A stretch of 63,433 nucleotides of DNA from Torpedo marmorata (taxonomy: Eukaryota). Shown here piece after piece: positions 35,728 through 47,719 of this stretch. Where the stretch lies: contig OZ360255.1 in the NCBI GenBank assembly GCA_977017645.1, forward strand, positions 20,708,001 through 20,771,433, given 5' to 3'. The notes under the pieces are model-generated. The model ran no database searches and was not told the DNA's origin. It saw nothing but the letters and a program-made list of their open reading frames with translations. The position numbers were made by a program, and so were the translations under genes. Within the stretch, counting starts at the first letter, position 1; every line of letters begins with the position of its first letter.

Positions 35728-38061
35728 ATGGCCCCTGTCGGGCTGTGGGCTGCGATTGTTCTCATGAGCCAGTTCGGAAAAGTGTGTGGGGATTGCTGGC
35801 TGATTGAGGGGGAGAAAGGTTATGTTTGGCTGGCCATCTGCAGTCAGAATCAGCCTCCTTACGAGACGATACCTCAGCACATCAACAGCACTGTGCTGGA
35901 TCTCCGTCTGAATGAGAACAAGCTGAAGGTTCTCCTCTACAGTTCGCTCAGTCGTTTTGGCAACTTAACGGACCTGAACTTGACGAAAAACGAGATTAAT
36001 TACATTGAAGATGGGGCGTTTTTGGTTCAGTCGAACTTGCGTGTGTTACAGTTGGGCTACAACAAGCTGACGAACCTCACGGAGAACATGTTCCGCGGGC
36101 TAACCAGGTTGGAGTATATGTACGTCCAACACAACTTGATCGAGAGCATCTCTGTCAATAGTTTCTGGGAGTGCCCTAACCTTGTCAGTATTGACCTGTC
36201 CGCCAACAAGCTTGTGAGGCTGGAGGGCAACACCTTCACCAGCCTCAGTGGCCTTATGGTGTGCGAGCTGGCCGGCAACCCTTTCAACTGCTCCTGCGAG
36301 CTTGTTGGCTTTCTCAACTGGCTCGCCGAGTTCAACAACGTCACCAAGACCTACGACCGCCTTCAGTGTGAGAGTCCAGCAGAATATGCTGGCTACCCCC
36401 TCCTGAGTCTGAGACCCAACAGCCACCGGAACGCCATCACCCTCCTCGCTTCCTCCTGTCGGAATGGCGTGAAGATTGTTCCTTTCTCCACGCCCGTGGC
36501 TTCCAAAGATCCGGAGACCTATTCTTCGGGAATTAACCCAGCAGAATTCTCTTCCACGGAACCAATTACAACATTTACGTTGGACATTTCCAACAGCCCG
36601 ACCATCAAACTGCATCATGTGACCATCACTGGGGCCACGCTCGTGGTACAGATCCCTTCTCCTTACAGCAGAATGTATATTCTCGTCCAGTACAATAATA
36701 GTTACGTTTCTGATGTCACAAATCTACGCAATAGGAAGGAATACATAAAGTTGGAGAAACTGAAGGCCCTGACTGATTATACCTTCTGCGTGGCTTCCAT
36801 TCAGAAGTCCCAGAGGTTCAACCACACTTGCTTGACCTTTGCAACTCGAGGGCGGATGATAACTCAACCCTCCAATTCTTCCACCACCACGCATTACATC
36901 ATGACCATTCTGGGGTGTTTGTTCGGCATGGTGATCGTCCTGGGTGTGGTCTACTACTGTCTCCGGAAGCGAAGGATTCAGGAAGAAAAGCAGAAGTCCA
37001 TCAACGTTAAGAAAACCATCTTGGAGATGAGGTATGGACCTGAATCTGAGACCAGCAGCATGATACATCAGATGCAGAAGTTCCATGAGCAGCCCATCTC
37101 GGTGTCGAGGATGTCCTCTCTGCCATCGGTGCAGGGGGAGAAAGGGCAGTTCAAGCCGCTGGATATAAACGAGACCCCCAGGACCACCAAGGGTAACTAT
37201 ATTGAAGTCCGCACTGGGGAGTCCTTGGAACTCAATGAGGAGGAGGCCAAACAAGCAGACAATGGACAAGGGTCAACTGCAGAAATCTCTACCATTGCCC
37301 AAGAAGTGGACAAAGTCAATCAGATGATCAACAACTGCATTGATGCGTTGAAGTTGGATTCCGCCGCATTTATAGGCACCGATTCCGAGGTTTCCATTGA
37401 CCGTCAGATCACACCGAGCACCTCCTCCTCTCAGCTGGAGAGACCCGGCTTCCTCTCACCCACCTACAAAGAAGGGGTTTACCCACTGCAGCGTCAGAGC
37501 AGCGCGGACGCCACCAGGAAGCGTTGCAGTATCTCCTCCAGTGGCTCCGGGAAGAGCACGCGCGTCTTCAGCCTCGACCTTCCCGACCCTCCTTCCAAAG
37601 CCGAGTCAAAATACATCGAGAAGAGCACGCCGGCCCCCACCTCCTTAAAGCGTCTTCCTTCGGTGGCAGCGGGAGAAATCCACCATCTGGAGGTACAGCA
37701 AACCTACCACTGCAGTGAGCACCGCCACTCCTTCCCTGCCTTATACTGCGAAGAACACGGGGACAGTTTAAGCCAGAGGTCCGCGTTATTAAAGCCACTC
37801 TCCCGATCCAAAAGGGACTCTGTCTGCTCCCAGCTCTCTCCCAGGCACCAGTTCTCTGGATATTCTTCCAGCCCGGAGTATTCGTCGGAAAGCACTCACA
37901 AGATCTGGGAGAGGTTCCGTCCCTATAAAAAGCATCCACGGGAGGAGGTGTATATGGCCGCTGGACATGCCTTGCGGAAAAAAGTTCAGTTTGCTAAGGA
38001 TGAAGACTTACACGATATTTTAGATTATTGGAAAGGTGTATCTGCTCAACAGAAAATGTGA
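35728..38061 (+). CDS. ELFN2: Extracellular leucine-rich repeat and fibronectin type III domain-containing protein 2 (PPP1R29), 777 aa
   Basis: Signal peptide then DCWLIEGEKGYVWLAICSQNQPPYETIPQHINST, LRRs, LRRCT (NPFNCSC), FN3, TM (YIMTILGCLFGMVIVLGVVYYCL), PP1-docking KKVQF, C-terminus ILDYWKGVSAQQKM; YETIPQH, CELAGNPF and SAQQK favour ELFN2 over ELFN1; first ATG (ACAATGG) used rather than GTG 35710. Confidence 0.95.
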   Translation: MAPVGLWAAIVLMSQFGKVCGDCWLIEGEKGYVWLAICSQNQPPYETIPQHINSTVLDLRLNENKLKVLLYSSLSRFGNLTDLNLTKNEINYIEDGAFLVQSNLRVLQLGYNKLTNLTENMFRGLTRLEYMYVQHNLIESISVNSFWECPNLVSIDLSANKLVRLEGNTFTSLSGLMVCELAGNPFNCSCELVGFLNWLAEFNNVTKTYDRLQCESPAEYAGYPLLSLRPNSHRNAITLLASSCRNGVKIVPFSTPVASKDPETYSSGINPAEFSSTEPITTFTLDISNSPTIKLHHVTITGATLVVQIPSPYSRMYILVQYNNSYVSDVTNLRNRKEYIKLEKLKALTDYTFCVASIQKSQRFNHTCLTFATRGRMITQPSNSSTTTHYIMTILGCLFGMVIVLGVVYYCLRKRRIQEEKQKSINVKKTILEMRYGPESETSSMIHQMQKFHEQPISVSRMSSLPSVQGEKGQFKPLDINETPRTTKGNYIEVRTGESLELNEEEAKQADNGQGSTAEISTIAQEVDKVNQMINNCIDALKLDSAAFIGTDSEVSIDRQITPSTSSSQLERPGFLSPTYKEGVYPLQRQSSADATRKRCSISSSGSGKSTRVFSLDLPDPPSKAESKYIEKSTPAPTSLKRLPSVAAGEIHHLEVQQTYHCSEHRHSFPALYCEEHGDSLSQRSALLKPLSRSKRDSVCSQLSPRHQFSGYSSSPEYSSESTHKIWERFRPYKKHPREEVYMAAGHALRKKVQFAKDEDLHDILDYWKGVSAQQKM

Positions 38062-39819
38062 CTGGTCTCAAGACTGCACTAAGTTTACAGGAAACAAAAA
38101 CAAAATTGTAGGGGTTAATGGGTCCTTCTCATTTAATGTTTGGATTTTCTCATTTTACAAGTCCATAAAATGTCCCCTAAACATTTTATCACCAGCTCTT
38201 GATTTGCGGGCGCCCTTCCTCCCAGCACTCCCCTGTGATAATCTCGCCACTCGATCAGAACAATGGAAGGAATCGTGGCAGGATCACACAGACCTTTCAT
38301 TCCTGTTTCACCCTGCATTTAGATCATGGCTGATCTGGTCGCCCTTCTGTTCCCATAATCTCACCTTTCCCTAGAGCCCGAATGACTATTTTGTCTCGCC
38401 CTAAGTGACTTCCCCCTTTAAATTAACTTCAATGTGTTGTCAGTTTCTGAATTGGGGTGTGGGAGAGCAGAATCCTGTTAATGTGAGTTAAAATGGAAAG
38501 AGCTTTTCTCTTGAAAGGAAAGTATTTCCTTTGGGGTTGAGCATTGAAAATAAACTGGTGATGTAAGGGTTTCTTATTCGGGTAAAAGTTATTATCTGTA
38601 ACATTGGTAGTTTCGTTGTTCATAGAGGCACTAACCCATTGGGATTAACTAAAAGGTTAGTTACTGCAAAGAAATGTATTACACATTCTTTCCATTAACA
38701 TCACCAGCAATGCTCTACGAGGTAGTAGATCTTGAGAGCTCGAGGGTGGGTGGGAGTTGGGGGACATCGGAGTGTTGGAGGGGATGCAGGGTGGAGGTTC
38801 ACGCTCTCGTCTTTGATGGCCCACACTGGCCATGCATCACATCAGCCGCCCCGTTTTCATTCCCAGAAACCCAATTCCCTTTCTACAAAGTCGCAGCAGC
38901 ACGAGCTTCGTCTGGCTTGCTGCACTAATAGTCCTGACCGGCAAGTGAAACACTGACGGTCGGTTTTACGCTAATCGACCTGTTGGGAAAAGTGAGGGGA
39001 TGTGCACTCTGGGGCGGATTACACCCTGTCCGAGTGATCGCCTTGTTGAGGGTAACAGACAGTGTTCATTCCCAGATCCTTCACTTATCCATTCAGCCAG
39101 GTTGTGAACATCACCACCATTCACTCACCCACCTGCACCAAACATTGAAACATCTCTAAACAACACTCTCCACTTCCTATTTGCCTTGAGGATTAGAAAA
39201 CTGCACATCCTGGGTAGAAATTCATCCTTTATATTAAAAATGTTACCAATGGAGCACTGTCCGCTGCTTATGAAATCCAGCTCATGTATTTTGAATAGAA
39301 CCAAAATCACGGACAGAAATTAAAAGCGTGGAAATCGTTGTAAATGCATCTGGCACCACAAAAGGCAAATTTCTTAGTGTCCTGATCGAAACAGCCATTC
39401 GATTTCTAGCATACAATTTTGGTGACTGATTTGGAAAAGTAATTTCTTATCTTCAGAGTAGCGGGTCGTGGGTTTGTTGTGGTATCTCAGCACCTACCTC
39501 CGGTTTATTCCTCAGCGTAGGATGGGTGGATAAACATCAGCTGTTGGACCACTTTGAAGCTGAAGTCTATTGGACGAGGAAGATATTATTTGAGAGAAGT
39601 CTGGCATTGGTTCTGGAATTTTGGTCAACACTTCTCCTTCACCCTAGTGCAACCAATAAGAGGCTAGATAGTCATTCACAGGGAAATTAACTGCTGCATT
39701 TCTCTCCATGAATTGGTTGCAGATTACTTAAGCATTTAATGATAGGAGCTGTGTCAGAAATCTGAGCCGGGCTGCATTTTAACGAATGAGCAGTGTACTT
39801 GGTTTCTGAAAGTCAGTCA

Positions 39820-40520
39820 CAGAATCATAAAATCCATAGCACAACATAGGCCCTTCAGCTCACCGTTTCCATGCTGACTTTGATGCTCAGCGTTAATCCC
39901 ATTTGCCTGTATTTGTCCCAAATCCCTCTACACCTTTCTTATCTAATTACTTGTCCAAATACTGTTTAAAGGTAGCAATTGTTACCTGATTCTCCCACCT
40001 CCTCTGGAAGCTCATTTCTGATAACCACCACCCTCTGTGTGAAAAAAATAACTGTCAGATCTCCTCTAAATTTGACTCCTCTTGCCTTGAATCTGTACCC
40101 TGTAGTTCCAGATCCTGCTGCCCTGAGAAAAATACTATCTTACCTGTGTCTTTATAAACCTTGATAAGGTTACACCTCAGCCTTCTATGTTCCAGTGAGA
40201 ATAATCTCTCCTTGTAGCCCACCATTCCAGGTCACATCTTGGTGAATCTCTTCTGCACTCTCTCTATTGCTATCACATCCTTCCTGAAGTGCGGAGACCA
40301 GCCCTGAACACACTGTGGTCTAATCAAGTTTTTGTACAACTACATCCCAACGATCATGCCTTATCCAAGCATCCTAAATGCCTTCTTCGCTAACCTGTCA
40401 GTAATCTAGTGACGAGCATTCCAATGTCCTTCTGTATACCAATGCTCCTAAGGTTCCTATGTCCATCCAGAATTTCACTTCACAAAGTGCACTACCTCAT
40501 ACTTGTCTGGATTAAATTCC
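39820..40520 (-). mobile_element. Old CR1 3' fragment downstream of the ELFN2 stop
   Basis: CACAGAATCATA...GGCCCTTCAGCTCACC tail; degenerate FFTQRVV and QRRFTKM. Confidence 0.7.
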
Positions 40521-41728
40521 ATATTGGCCTTAATGAAATCACTTTTCAGAAGAAAAGTTCAATGCATGTACGACGGCATACGGCACATTTACTTCACACA
40601 AGAAAAAATGTCCTGACTCTTGACACCTCTCAGTCACTATATTTGAAACACTGCATAATAAGTGAATTAAACTTTTGTTAATGACAATGGACAGAGAGCT
40701 GTTCTATAAACCCCTGAGTGTTTGGCCAGCAGTTTTGGTGCTACCATTTTTCCTTGTTGGTCTGGACTAGATTTGAATGTTAAATGTGATGCCCTGTTCA
40801 TGCTGGAGAAAGAGCATTTACCGATTCGCTACACGTTTGGCCCCAGTCCGATTTCTCTTTCCCATTCAATTGCTCCAAACTTCCATCAATTTGGACTTTC
40901 TCACCCAATCTCGGGATGGTGTGAAGTCACAAATAATCCTCCCCCACCCCCCCCAAACCTAAGTTAGAATTCCTCTAGTTTACAGATGCTGTTTGCACAC
41001 CTCCGCCCAACCCTTGGAGGGCAGGAAGGAGAGGGGGGGGGGGTGGGGGGTAGGGGTGAGAGCCCAGAGGAAAAACGTGTCTTCCATTTCACCTTAAAAC
41101 AAACATCTCTCCTCCCACCCAATCAAAGTGCAATCTTCCCTTACAATGGTAGCTACAAATATTTTTTTATATATTTGCAAATCTCTTTTCTTCGTAATAC
41201 TTTAATGTGATTTTTAACAGATCACATATGTATATTGTTTTTCTGTTCTAATGAGAATGGAGGGTGCTTAACTCTTCCGAGGTCATCAGCTGCCACTTCT
41301 CAGACCTACATTAGTGCTAAAGGTTGACAGAAGGAATGGAACACTTGAATTTCACAGTGCATTTGAACTACACCACAATGAGGGAGATACGAAAATCCAC
41401 AGCCAATTGGCTGTGAAGATATCTGTGGAAAGTAGATGTGAGCAGGGTTTTGTAGGTCAAAGCAACCTCCCAATCACTGACAATAATTATTTGGTCATCT
41501 CGCTCAGAAAGGTTTGGGAAAGGGAGGTGGTTCTGCAGGAGAGCTTCCTTTTGCCGGTGTAGGAAAGTATCTGCACTTAATGACAAAGGGCTTTGGGAGC
41601 TGGTGTGAACCACATGGGAAATGATCGACCTCTGGTTGTACTCACTTCTTACACACTTGGTCCCATCCAGACTGTCAGGAGGTGGCTGTAGGGAGTGGGG
41701 AAACCTTGCATGCATTTAGTGCCCGTTA

Positions 41729-41734
41729 AATAAA
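41729..41734 (+). terminator. Candidate ELFN2 polyadenylation signal
   Basis: AATAAA in repeat-poor sequence 3.7 kb after the stop; unverified. Confidence 0.3.
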
Positions 41735-42471
41735 GGTTTCTCTCAGCCCAGCCCACCTCAGCTTGAGGACCTCAGCACTTGCCCCGAGCACAAAAGTAAA
41801 GAGTTTTGCTAAAACATGATGCAAGATGGATTGTGTCGACAAATGGAGTCAATGCTGTTTTGTTTCTGTGTGTGTGTTTTTTTACAGAAATAAGAATCTT
41901 TGTAGTCTCTTTAATTTATCACATAGACCTCTCGAGATAAGGTCAACCTGAACGCGTCAGAGCCTAGCACATTAGCCCAAGGCATGTCATACCTTCCATG
42001 CCCTTCACTACCTGTAAGTCATCTTAAGCATCTTACTGTATGAATGACTGCAAAGCTAAGAAATAGTGGCTGGAGTGGGAGCTGGTGTTAATCTCAGAGT
42101 TGTGTGGGGATCCATTAGGCTTTGCTTTGGATTATCAGCAGGGATATTTTCCTTTATTGAATTATAGTTCACTGCCAGTCGTTGATTATTTTCTGTACTA
42201 TCATTATATGCTTTAAAAAAGAAACGTTTAATTTAAGGTCAAACCTTGGGTATTGTGTATTTATGTGGAAGATTTGTAAAATGTGATCAAATCAAAAAAA
42301 GCAAACGTCCCAATGCAATATGGATAATTGCAATTTTCATCATGTTTCACCATCTTGGATCAGATGATGGAATGAACCTTGTCTCCCGTCCCCAGCACTG
42401 TTTTTTTCTGTGCAGACAGGAGGCATGCAGGGGCACAGAGAAATATTCAAACTGCCCATTAGAACTAATTA

Positions 42472-42696
42472 AAGGTTCCATTATTGTCACGTAATACTAC
42501 ATTTAGAATGTAACATACATGAAATTCTTTAATTTTTGTCTACCGTAAGGCAGACAGAGAGTCGCTACTTTGTCCAGCACCCCTCACAGAAACCTACAGC
42601 ACCTGGTGTTCCTAGGCGGTCTCCCCTCCAAGGGCTGATCAGTCCTGTGCCTGCTTAGCTTCCGAGATCTGACAATCCCAGTCATATTCAGGCTAT
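42472..42696 (-). mobile_element. 5S rRNA-derived SINE (SINE3-type)
   Basis: 42590-42696 aligns to 5S rRNA (GATCTCGGAAGCTAAGCAGG...GGAGACCGCCT.GGAA.ACC.GGTGCTGTAGG) followed by a LINE-type tail ending CGTGACAATAA. Confidence 0.85.
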
Positions 42697-42838
42697 TGCA
42701 TTGGTAATTTGTTTTCAAACCAATGATCAGTGGGAGATTGTGACAATTTCCAGATGAAGAAAAGCAGGAAAAAGAGACAGAAACTGCTGCATTATTTAGG
42801 CACAGTTTCATTTTGCACTTGCTCTATTTTTGCACATG

Positions 42839-43062
42839 CAGTAAAACCCCCGGTATCCGGCACCTATGGGGATTGGTAGATGCCGGATAAGTGAATTTGC
42901 GGTTGCTTGCGATTGCCAGTTGCGAGGATTGGAGAACTGACCGCTAGGGGGCGCCAATTTTAAATTTACCTATTTTTTTTACCTATTTATTTTCCGCGAT
43001 TTTTTTTTGCCGGTTGCTTGAGGCTGCCGGTTGTTGAATTCCAGATAAAGGGGATTTTACAG
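42839..43062. mobile_element. Tigger-type MITE
   Basis: Inverted homolog of 23574-23777. Confidence 0.85.
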
Positions 43063-43521
43063 TATTTCCATGGGATGTGGCTGTCGCAGGCAAAGCCAGC
43101 ATTTATTGTCCATCCCCAGGTGCCTCTGATCTGAGGAGGCAGTCAGTAGTCAACCATGTTGTCAGATTTGGAGCCTTGGGCAAGTCAAAACCAATTAAAA
43201 TTGGAAGATGTCTTTTCCTGGAGGACATATTTGTTACAACAACCTGGCAGCTTCAAACTTACCATCACATAAACCATTTCACCCAGATGCATTCAGTTAC
43301 TTAAATTGAAATATCCCAGCTGCCACACTGGAATTCAGACTTAGGGCCCCAGATCAAAGGTCTCTTGATACTTGTCCCATAACCTCTCCATGATCCGATC
43401 ACACCCCACTAAAGGGAGGAAGGGGTTTCCTGGCCGTTTTACCACCTGATTCAATGACACCTCAACTTGGCCTTTGACAGATGAATTAGTTTACAGAAAT
43501 CTCAGTAGCCAGTTGTGTACC

Positions 43522-44103
43522 TCAAGTCAAGTTTATTGTCATCTGATTGCACAAGTACAACCCGACGAAACAGCGTTCTCCGGTCTTCGGCGCAAAACAC
43601 GCAGACACACAACCAGACATAACACACACGCAGACAAATAATTCATATGCAGGACAAGTATTCATATCTACAAATAAATAAATAAATATTCTTTTGTAAA
43701 TATGAGAGTCTTGGATGGTTAGTGTGAGCAGTTCCTTTGGTCGTTCAGCATTCTCACTGCCCGTGGCAAGAAGCTGTTCCTCAGCCTGGTGGTGCTGGCT
43801 CTGATACTCCTGTATCTCTTTCCCGACGTGAGCAGCTGAAAGATGCTGTGTGCAGGGTGGAAGGGGTCCACAATGATTTTGCGCGCCCTCTTCAGACAAC
43901 GATCTCGGTAAGATCACATCGATGGGGGGAGGGAGACTCCAGTGATCCTCTCTGCTGTTCTTATGGTCCTGTGGATTGACCTCCGATCCGTTTCTCTGCA
44001 GCCACCGTACCACACTGTGATGCAGCCGGAACAGACACTCTTGATAGAGCTCCTGTAGAAGGCTGACATGATGGTGGCTGGTAGCCTTGCCCGCTTCAGT
44101 CTT
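43522..44103 (-). mobile_element. Rex1-like LINE 3' fragment
   Basis: Same subfamily as 1213-3668. Confidence 0.85.
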
Positions 44104-44939
44104 TTAGTTTGTACCTAACTTCGAAATGTTATTGTTGAGCGAATGTTTGGAATCTTGAAATAGGATAACTCTCTTGCAAAACAGATTAAATCAACACCTC
44201 ATCTTATTCTCCAGCATGAACGTGAATTGGCCTTCTGAAATTACATGGAAAAAGATCTATCCCTCCTTACAATGTGACCTTGGCTTTCAGATTCAACTTC
44301 ATTCCCTTAGCCTAGTCCTTGTAATGTTCCAACTTCTGTGAAGAGGGATTACTTTCATTCTCATCACACCGACCATTTAACACAGTGACTGAGTAAGATC
44401 GCTTTCAATGGAATCCCAGGACTTTATTGCATTTATTCAGGAATCGCACCAAGTTTTAATTTGCGGATCTAAATATATAATCTCTTCACATCACATTTCA
44501 CAGGAAAAAAAGTGCCAAACCAACATGGAACAATAAATATTCCAGAACAGGGGAAGGATCGGTCAATAGCACTAACGTGTAATCCCACTAATGTATCCTG
44601 GTACCCACCAACAGAAGGCTTTGTTTGATTTTACCATCTGTAACTTGTACCTGATTGTACCCACACCATGAATAAATGAGCCCTGTAACAGTTTTATGAC
44701 ATCTCTATTCTAACAGGGGTATGAACCCATGGAACATAAGGTGTGTACACTAGAGAGAAGGCCATTACTCCTGGGTAATTCTGTTGACATCCATTGCAGT
44801 ACAAAACTAGTCCCAGCACCCCAACACCTCCTTATAGCTTTGCATCCTCTGCCTCTTTGAACATTTTTTGTCGTTTTCATCCTGTTATCTCATCCTCAAC
44901 TACCCTTGGAATGAAATGTTCTGGGCTAAGTTATTTTAC

Positions 44940-45400
44940 ACCCGTTTAGACCATTTGTGAGATCCCATTTGGAATTCCACAAGCAGTTCTGGAGATACTT
45001 TGGGACAATCTTGGATGAGAACCTTGCAGTTTGAACAATACTGAGCTTTATGAGTTAAGTTCTGATGGTTCCAATTACATTTTATTAGCCTTTTGAGTGC
45101 AGGAGATTAAAAGTTGATCTAATTGTACTGGTTAAGCTGTTTAAAGGATTCGATGGAAATAACTTCCTCCAGTGGACGAGTCCAGAAGGAAGTCTTAGAA
45201 ACTTCAGAGGTGACATCATCCCCAAGAGCAAAGGAAATCGAAAACGCCCTTCATCAAATGGCAAATAAGACTGTGGTATAGGAGGGGGGAGTCCAAAATC
45301 TTGAAACTGAGATTTTTTGTTCCCACAGAGTTACATGAACAGGGTAGGAAGAGAGATGGGTTTAAGAAGCAGATCAGACTTTGAATGGCCTCTTCTGTTC
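44940..45400 (+). mobile_element. Highly degraded CR1 fragment
   Basis: Remnant VRSHLE..QFW...LSYE pattern. Confidence 0.45.
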
Positions 45401-45931
45401 CCCTTGACACCCCAATCAATGCTGCAAAAACCATCTGCATAAAAACACCTCTCGTATAACATGGGCCCAAAAGTGCAGTCAGCAGCCTGACCTGATGTGG
45501 CAGGTTCTCCACATCTTTGCTGACAAAGAAGCAAAGAAATGAAACAGGAAATTAGGATTTGCCTACCAAGAGTGAGAATGATAAATTTGAGACCTTTATT
45601 TTTCATTCATTTCTGCCAAAGGTGAATTATGCTCCATAATTTGTCTTTGTGGCAGAAGTACACTGGCTACTGTCTGTGTCTGACCTGTCCATTGCTGTTC
45701 CTGTTTGAGAAGCCCCTTTGGCACCGTCTCCCAAACCATTGAACTCATTCACGGTTTTATTTTCCACTCATCAAGCTGGCCCCAAAGGTCAGAGTTCATT
45801 CCACTGCTGCGATCAAAGTGTCGCTCTCCAGAGCTCCTATCTCAGCCACTTCAAACTCAGACGACAAGTTCCTTCTCCCCTACCCCGACAATAATGCATC
45901 GACCCCACCCTCTGAAGTGGATTGCTAACCC

Positions 45932-46283
45932 TCAGCCTTCTCGCCCACTGGTCTCGAGCTGAATCTGACTCCAGCTTATAAATATGTATAATTTCTGGTA
46001 GAGTGTTTGCACATTTTCAGTGACATTACTGTATGCCTTTAAATCCTGGATCAAGACGTTACTGTTTTTCAAATGGTCTTGTACTTCTCCTGTTCCTGCC
46101 ACCTCTTGATTGGTCCTCTGTAGCTTTTCCATCTCACAGAGTTCCACATGCTGCAACAAATGTAGAATGATGTTTGGGATCTTCCCCCAGGCTGGATAAT
46201 GTCTCTTCAGCAACACCAGAAATGGATCCATGGTAATCCGAAGTCCATTCTTAATGATGTTTTTAACTTTGGTCTTGTTCCAG
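45932..46283 (-). CDS. Putative terminal coding exon or small ORF of an unidentified helical protein
   Basis: T-rich acceptor ...TTTAG|C at 46284; 116 open codons in non-repeat DNA; ACCATGG at 46231; AATAAA at 45595-45600 (minus); no confirmed homology. Confidence 0.4.
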
Positions 46284-47471
46284 CTAAATTTATGCACCAA
46301 AAAAAAAAAACTATTGCAAAAGTAATCAAAATGTGAATTTTGTAATACAAAAAAAAAAGAGAAATGGTTCCGGGTAGGACGGGAGAAAGGGGGATTACAA
46401 GAAAACCAGAATTCCCCTCCCACCCACCGCCAACAGTGATCCGTTTATTGCATGGTGTAATGTATTTTCAGAACAGATTATCGTTGTGTACGTGACTGTT
46501 TGTCAACTTTGTTTATCGTGACAGACTGCTTTCCACAGTCCTGCTTGGAGCTGAGCAGAAAACAGGGATGGAGAAGAGAGAAAAATAACAGCCTTGTTAA
46601 AGTCCGGAGCAAATCAACTTGGCCCTGGTCCCCGGCTCAGTTGCCAGTGCGGCAAGTTATCCTCTGGTTGGGTTTGGAGAACAAGGGTTCATCCCCGCTT
46701 CTTTTAATTTTGGACACCTTCTAAACCATTTTGTTAATCTCCCTGCCAGTTAGCTGGTGGTTATAGCCATGGCAGTGTCTGGTCTTGACAAGGGGCGACC
46801 TGCTCGCTAGGGGAAGGAGGGTTTGGTTGAAGTTGTGAGCAGTTGGTTTGGACCCAGAATGGAATATTCCTTCTCTAAAGAGGCCAGTGAAAATAATACT
46901 CAACATGCCAGAATCTGCTCCTCAAACCTGACACTTCTTTATGGAGTTGAAGCCACTTTATGTATCCTTACTTCATCTCTCCCAAACCAGCAGTTGGAGA
47001 TGTATTATAACGGTCAGAGTAAATGTAGCATCAGCTTATCGATTAAGTGCTTGATTTTTTTTTCTTTCCAGTAGGACAGCTTAAACAATTGGCCTCATTG
47101 AAATTTAAATATTCAAGTGCACACAATTCCAGTGATCATGTTTTCAGTTTGAAACATCCTGGCTGTCGATTGTTGGCCTTTGCCTTCACACAACCAGAGG
47201 AGAAGGATTTGATTTTCTGCCCTCTTTGCTTTAAATTTACAACCCGAGTGAACTCTTGCTTCTGTGTTTCTCATTCGTCGGGAAGCAGACACACTCCACC
47301 TTCCCAGTCATCCTTTCATCTTGTGGGAACATCGAGCTGCCTTGTCAGGGGAAGTCTTGCCTTTCCATCTGGTCAAGATTCCTGACAATCAGAATTTGTT
47401 TTCCCCTGTTCAGCCACGGGCTGCGATGCAGGTGCCAGGGTCAAATTCATTGCCCCTCAACTGAGTGAGCT

Positions 47472-47719
47472 TTAGACATACATACATAAACATGCAACAT
47501 ACAGAACGGTAACAGGCCCTTTCGGCCCACGAGCCTGTGCCGCCCAATTACACCCAATTGACCCAAAACACGGTACGTTTTGAACGGTGGGAGGAAACCG
47601 GAGCGCCCGGAGGAAACCCACGCAGACAGGGGGAGAACGTACAAACTCCTTACAGACAGCGCGGGATTCGAACCCTCGTCGCTGGTGCTGTAACAACGTT
47701 GCGCTAACCGTGCCGCCCC
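47472..47719 (-). mobile_element. V-SINE (young, CpG-rich)
   Basis: Head, B box, V-domain, tail. Confidence 0.9.

Noticed and set aside
36057-37939. Antisense and alternate-frame ORFs within ELFN2
   Set aside because: Expected shadows of a GC-rich coding exon
42590-42696. Functional 5S rRNA gene
   Set aside because: 5' end missing or diverged, many substitutions, fused to a LINE-type tail, not in an array
46208-46231. MDPFLVLL is identical to the human FADD N-terminus
   Set aside because: The following residues lack the death-effector-domain pattern (ELxELKFLC, RxDL); treated as coincidence
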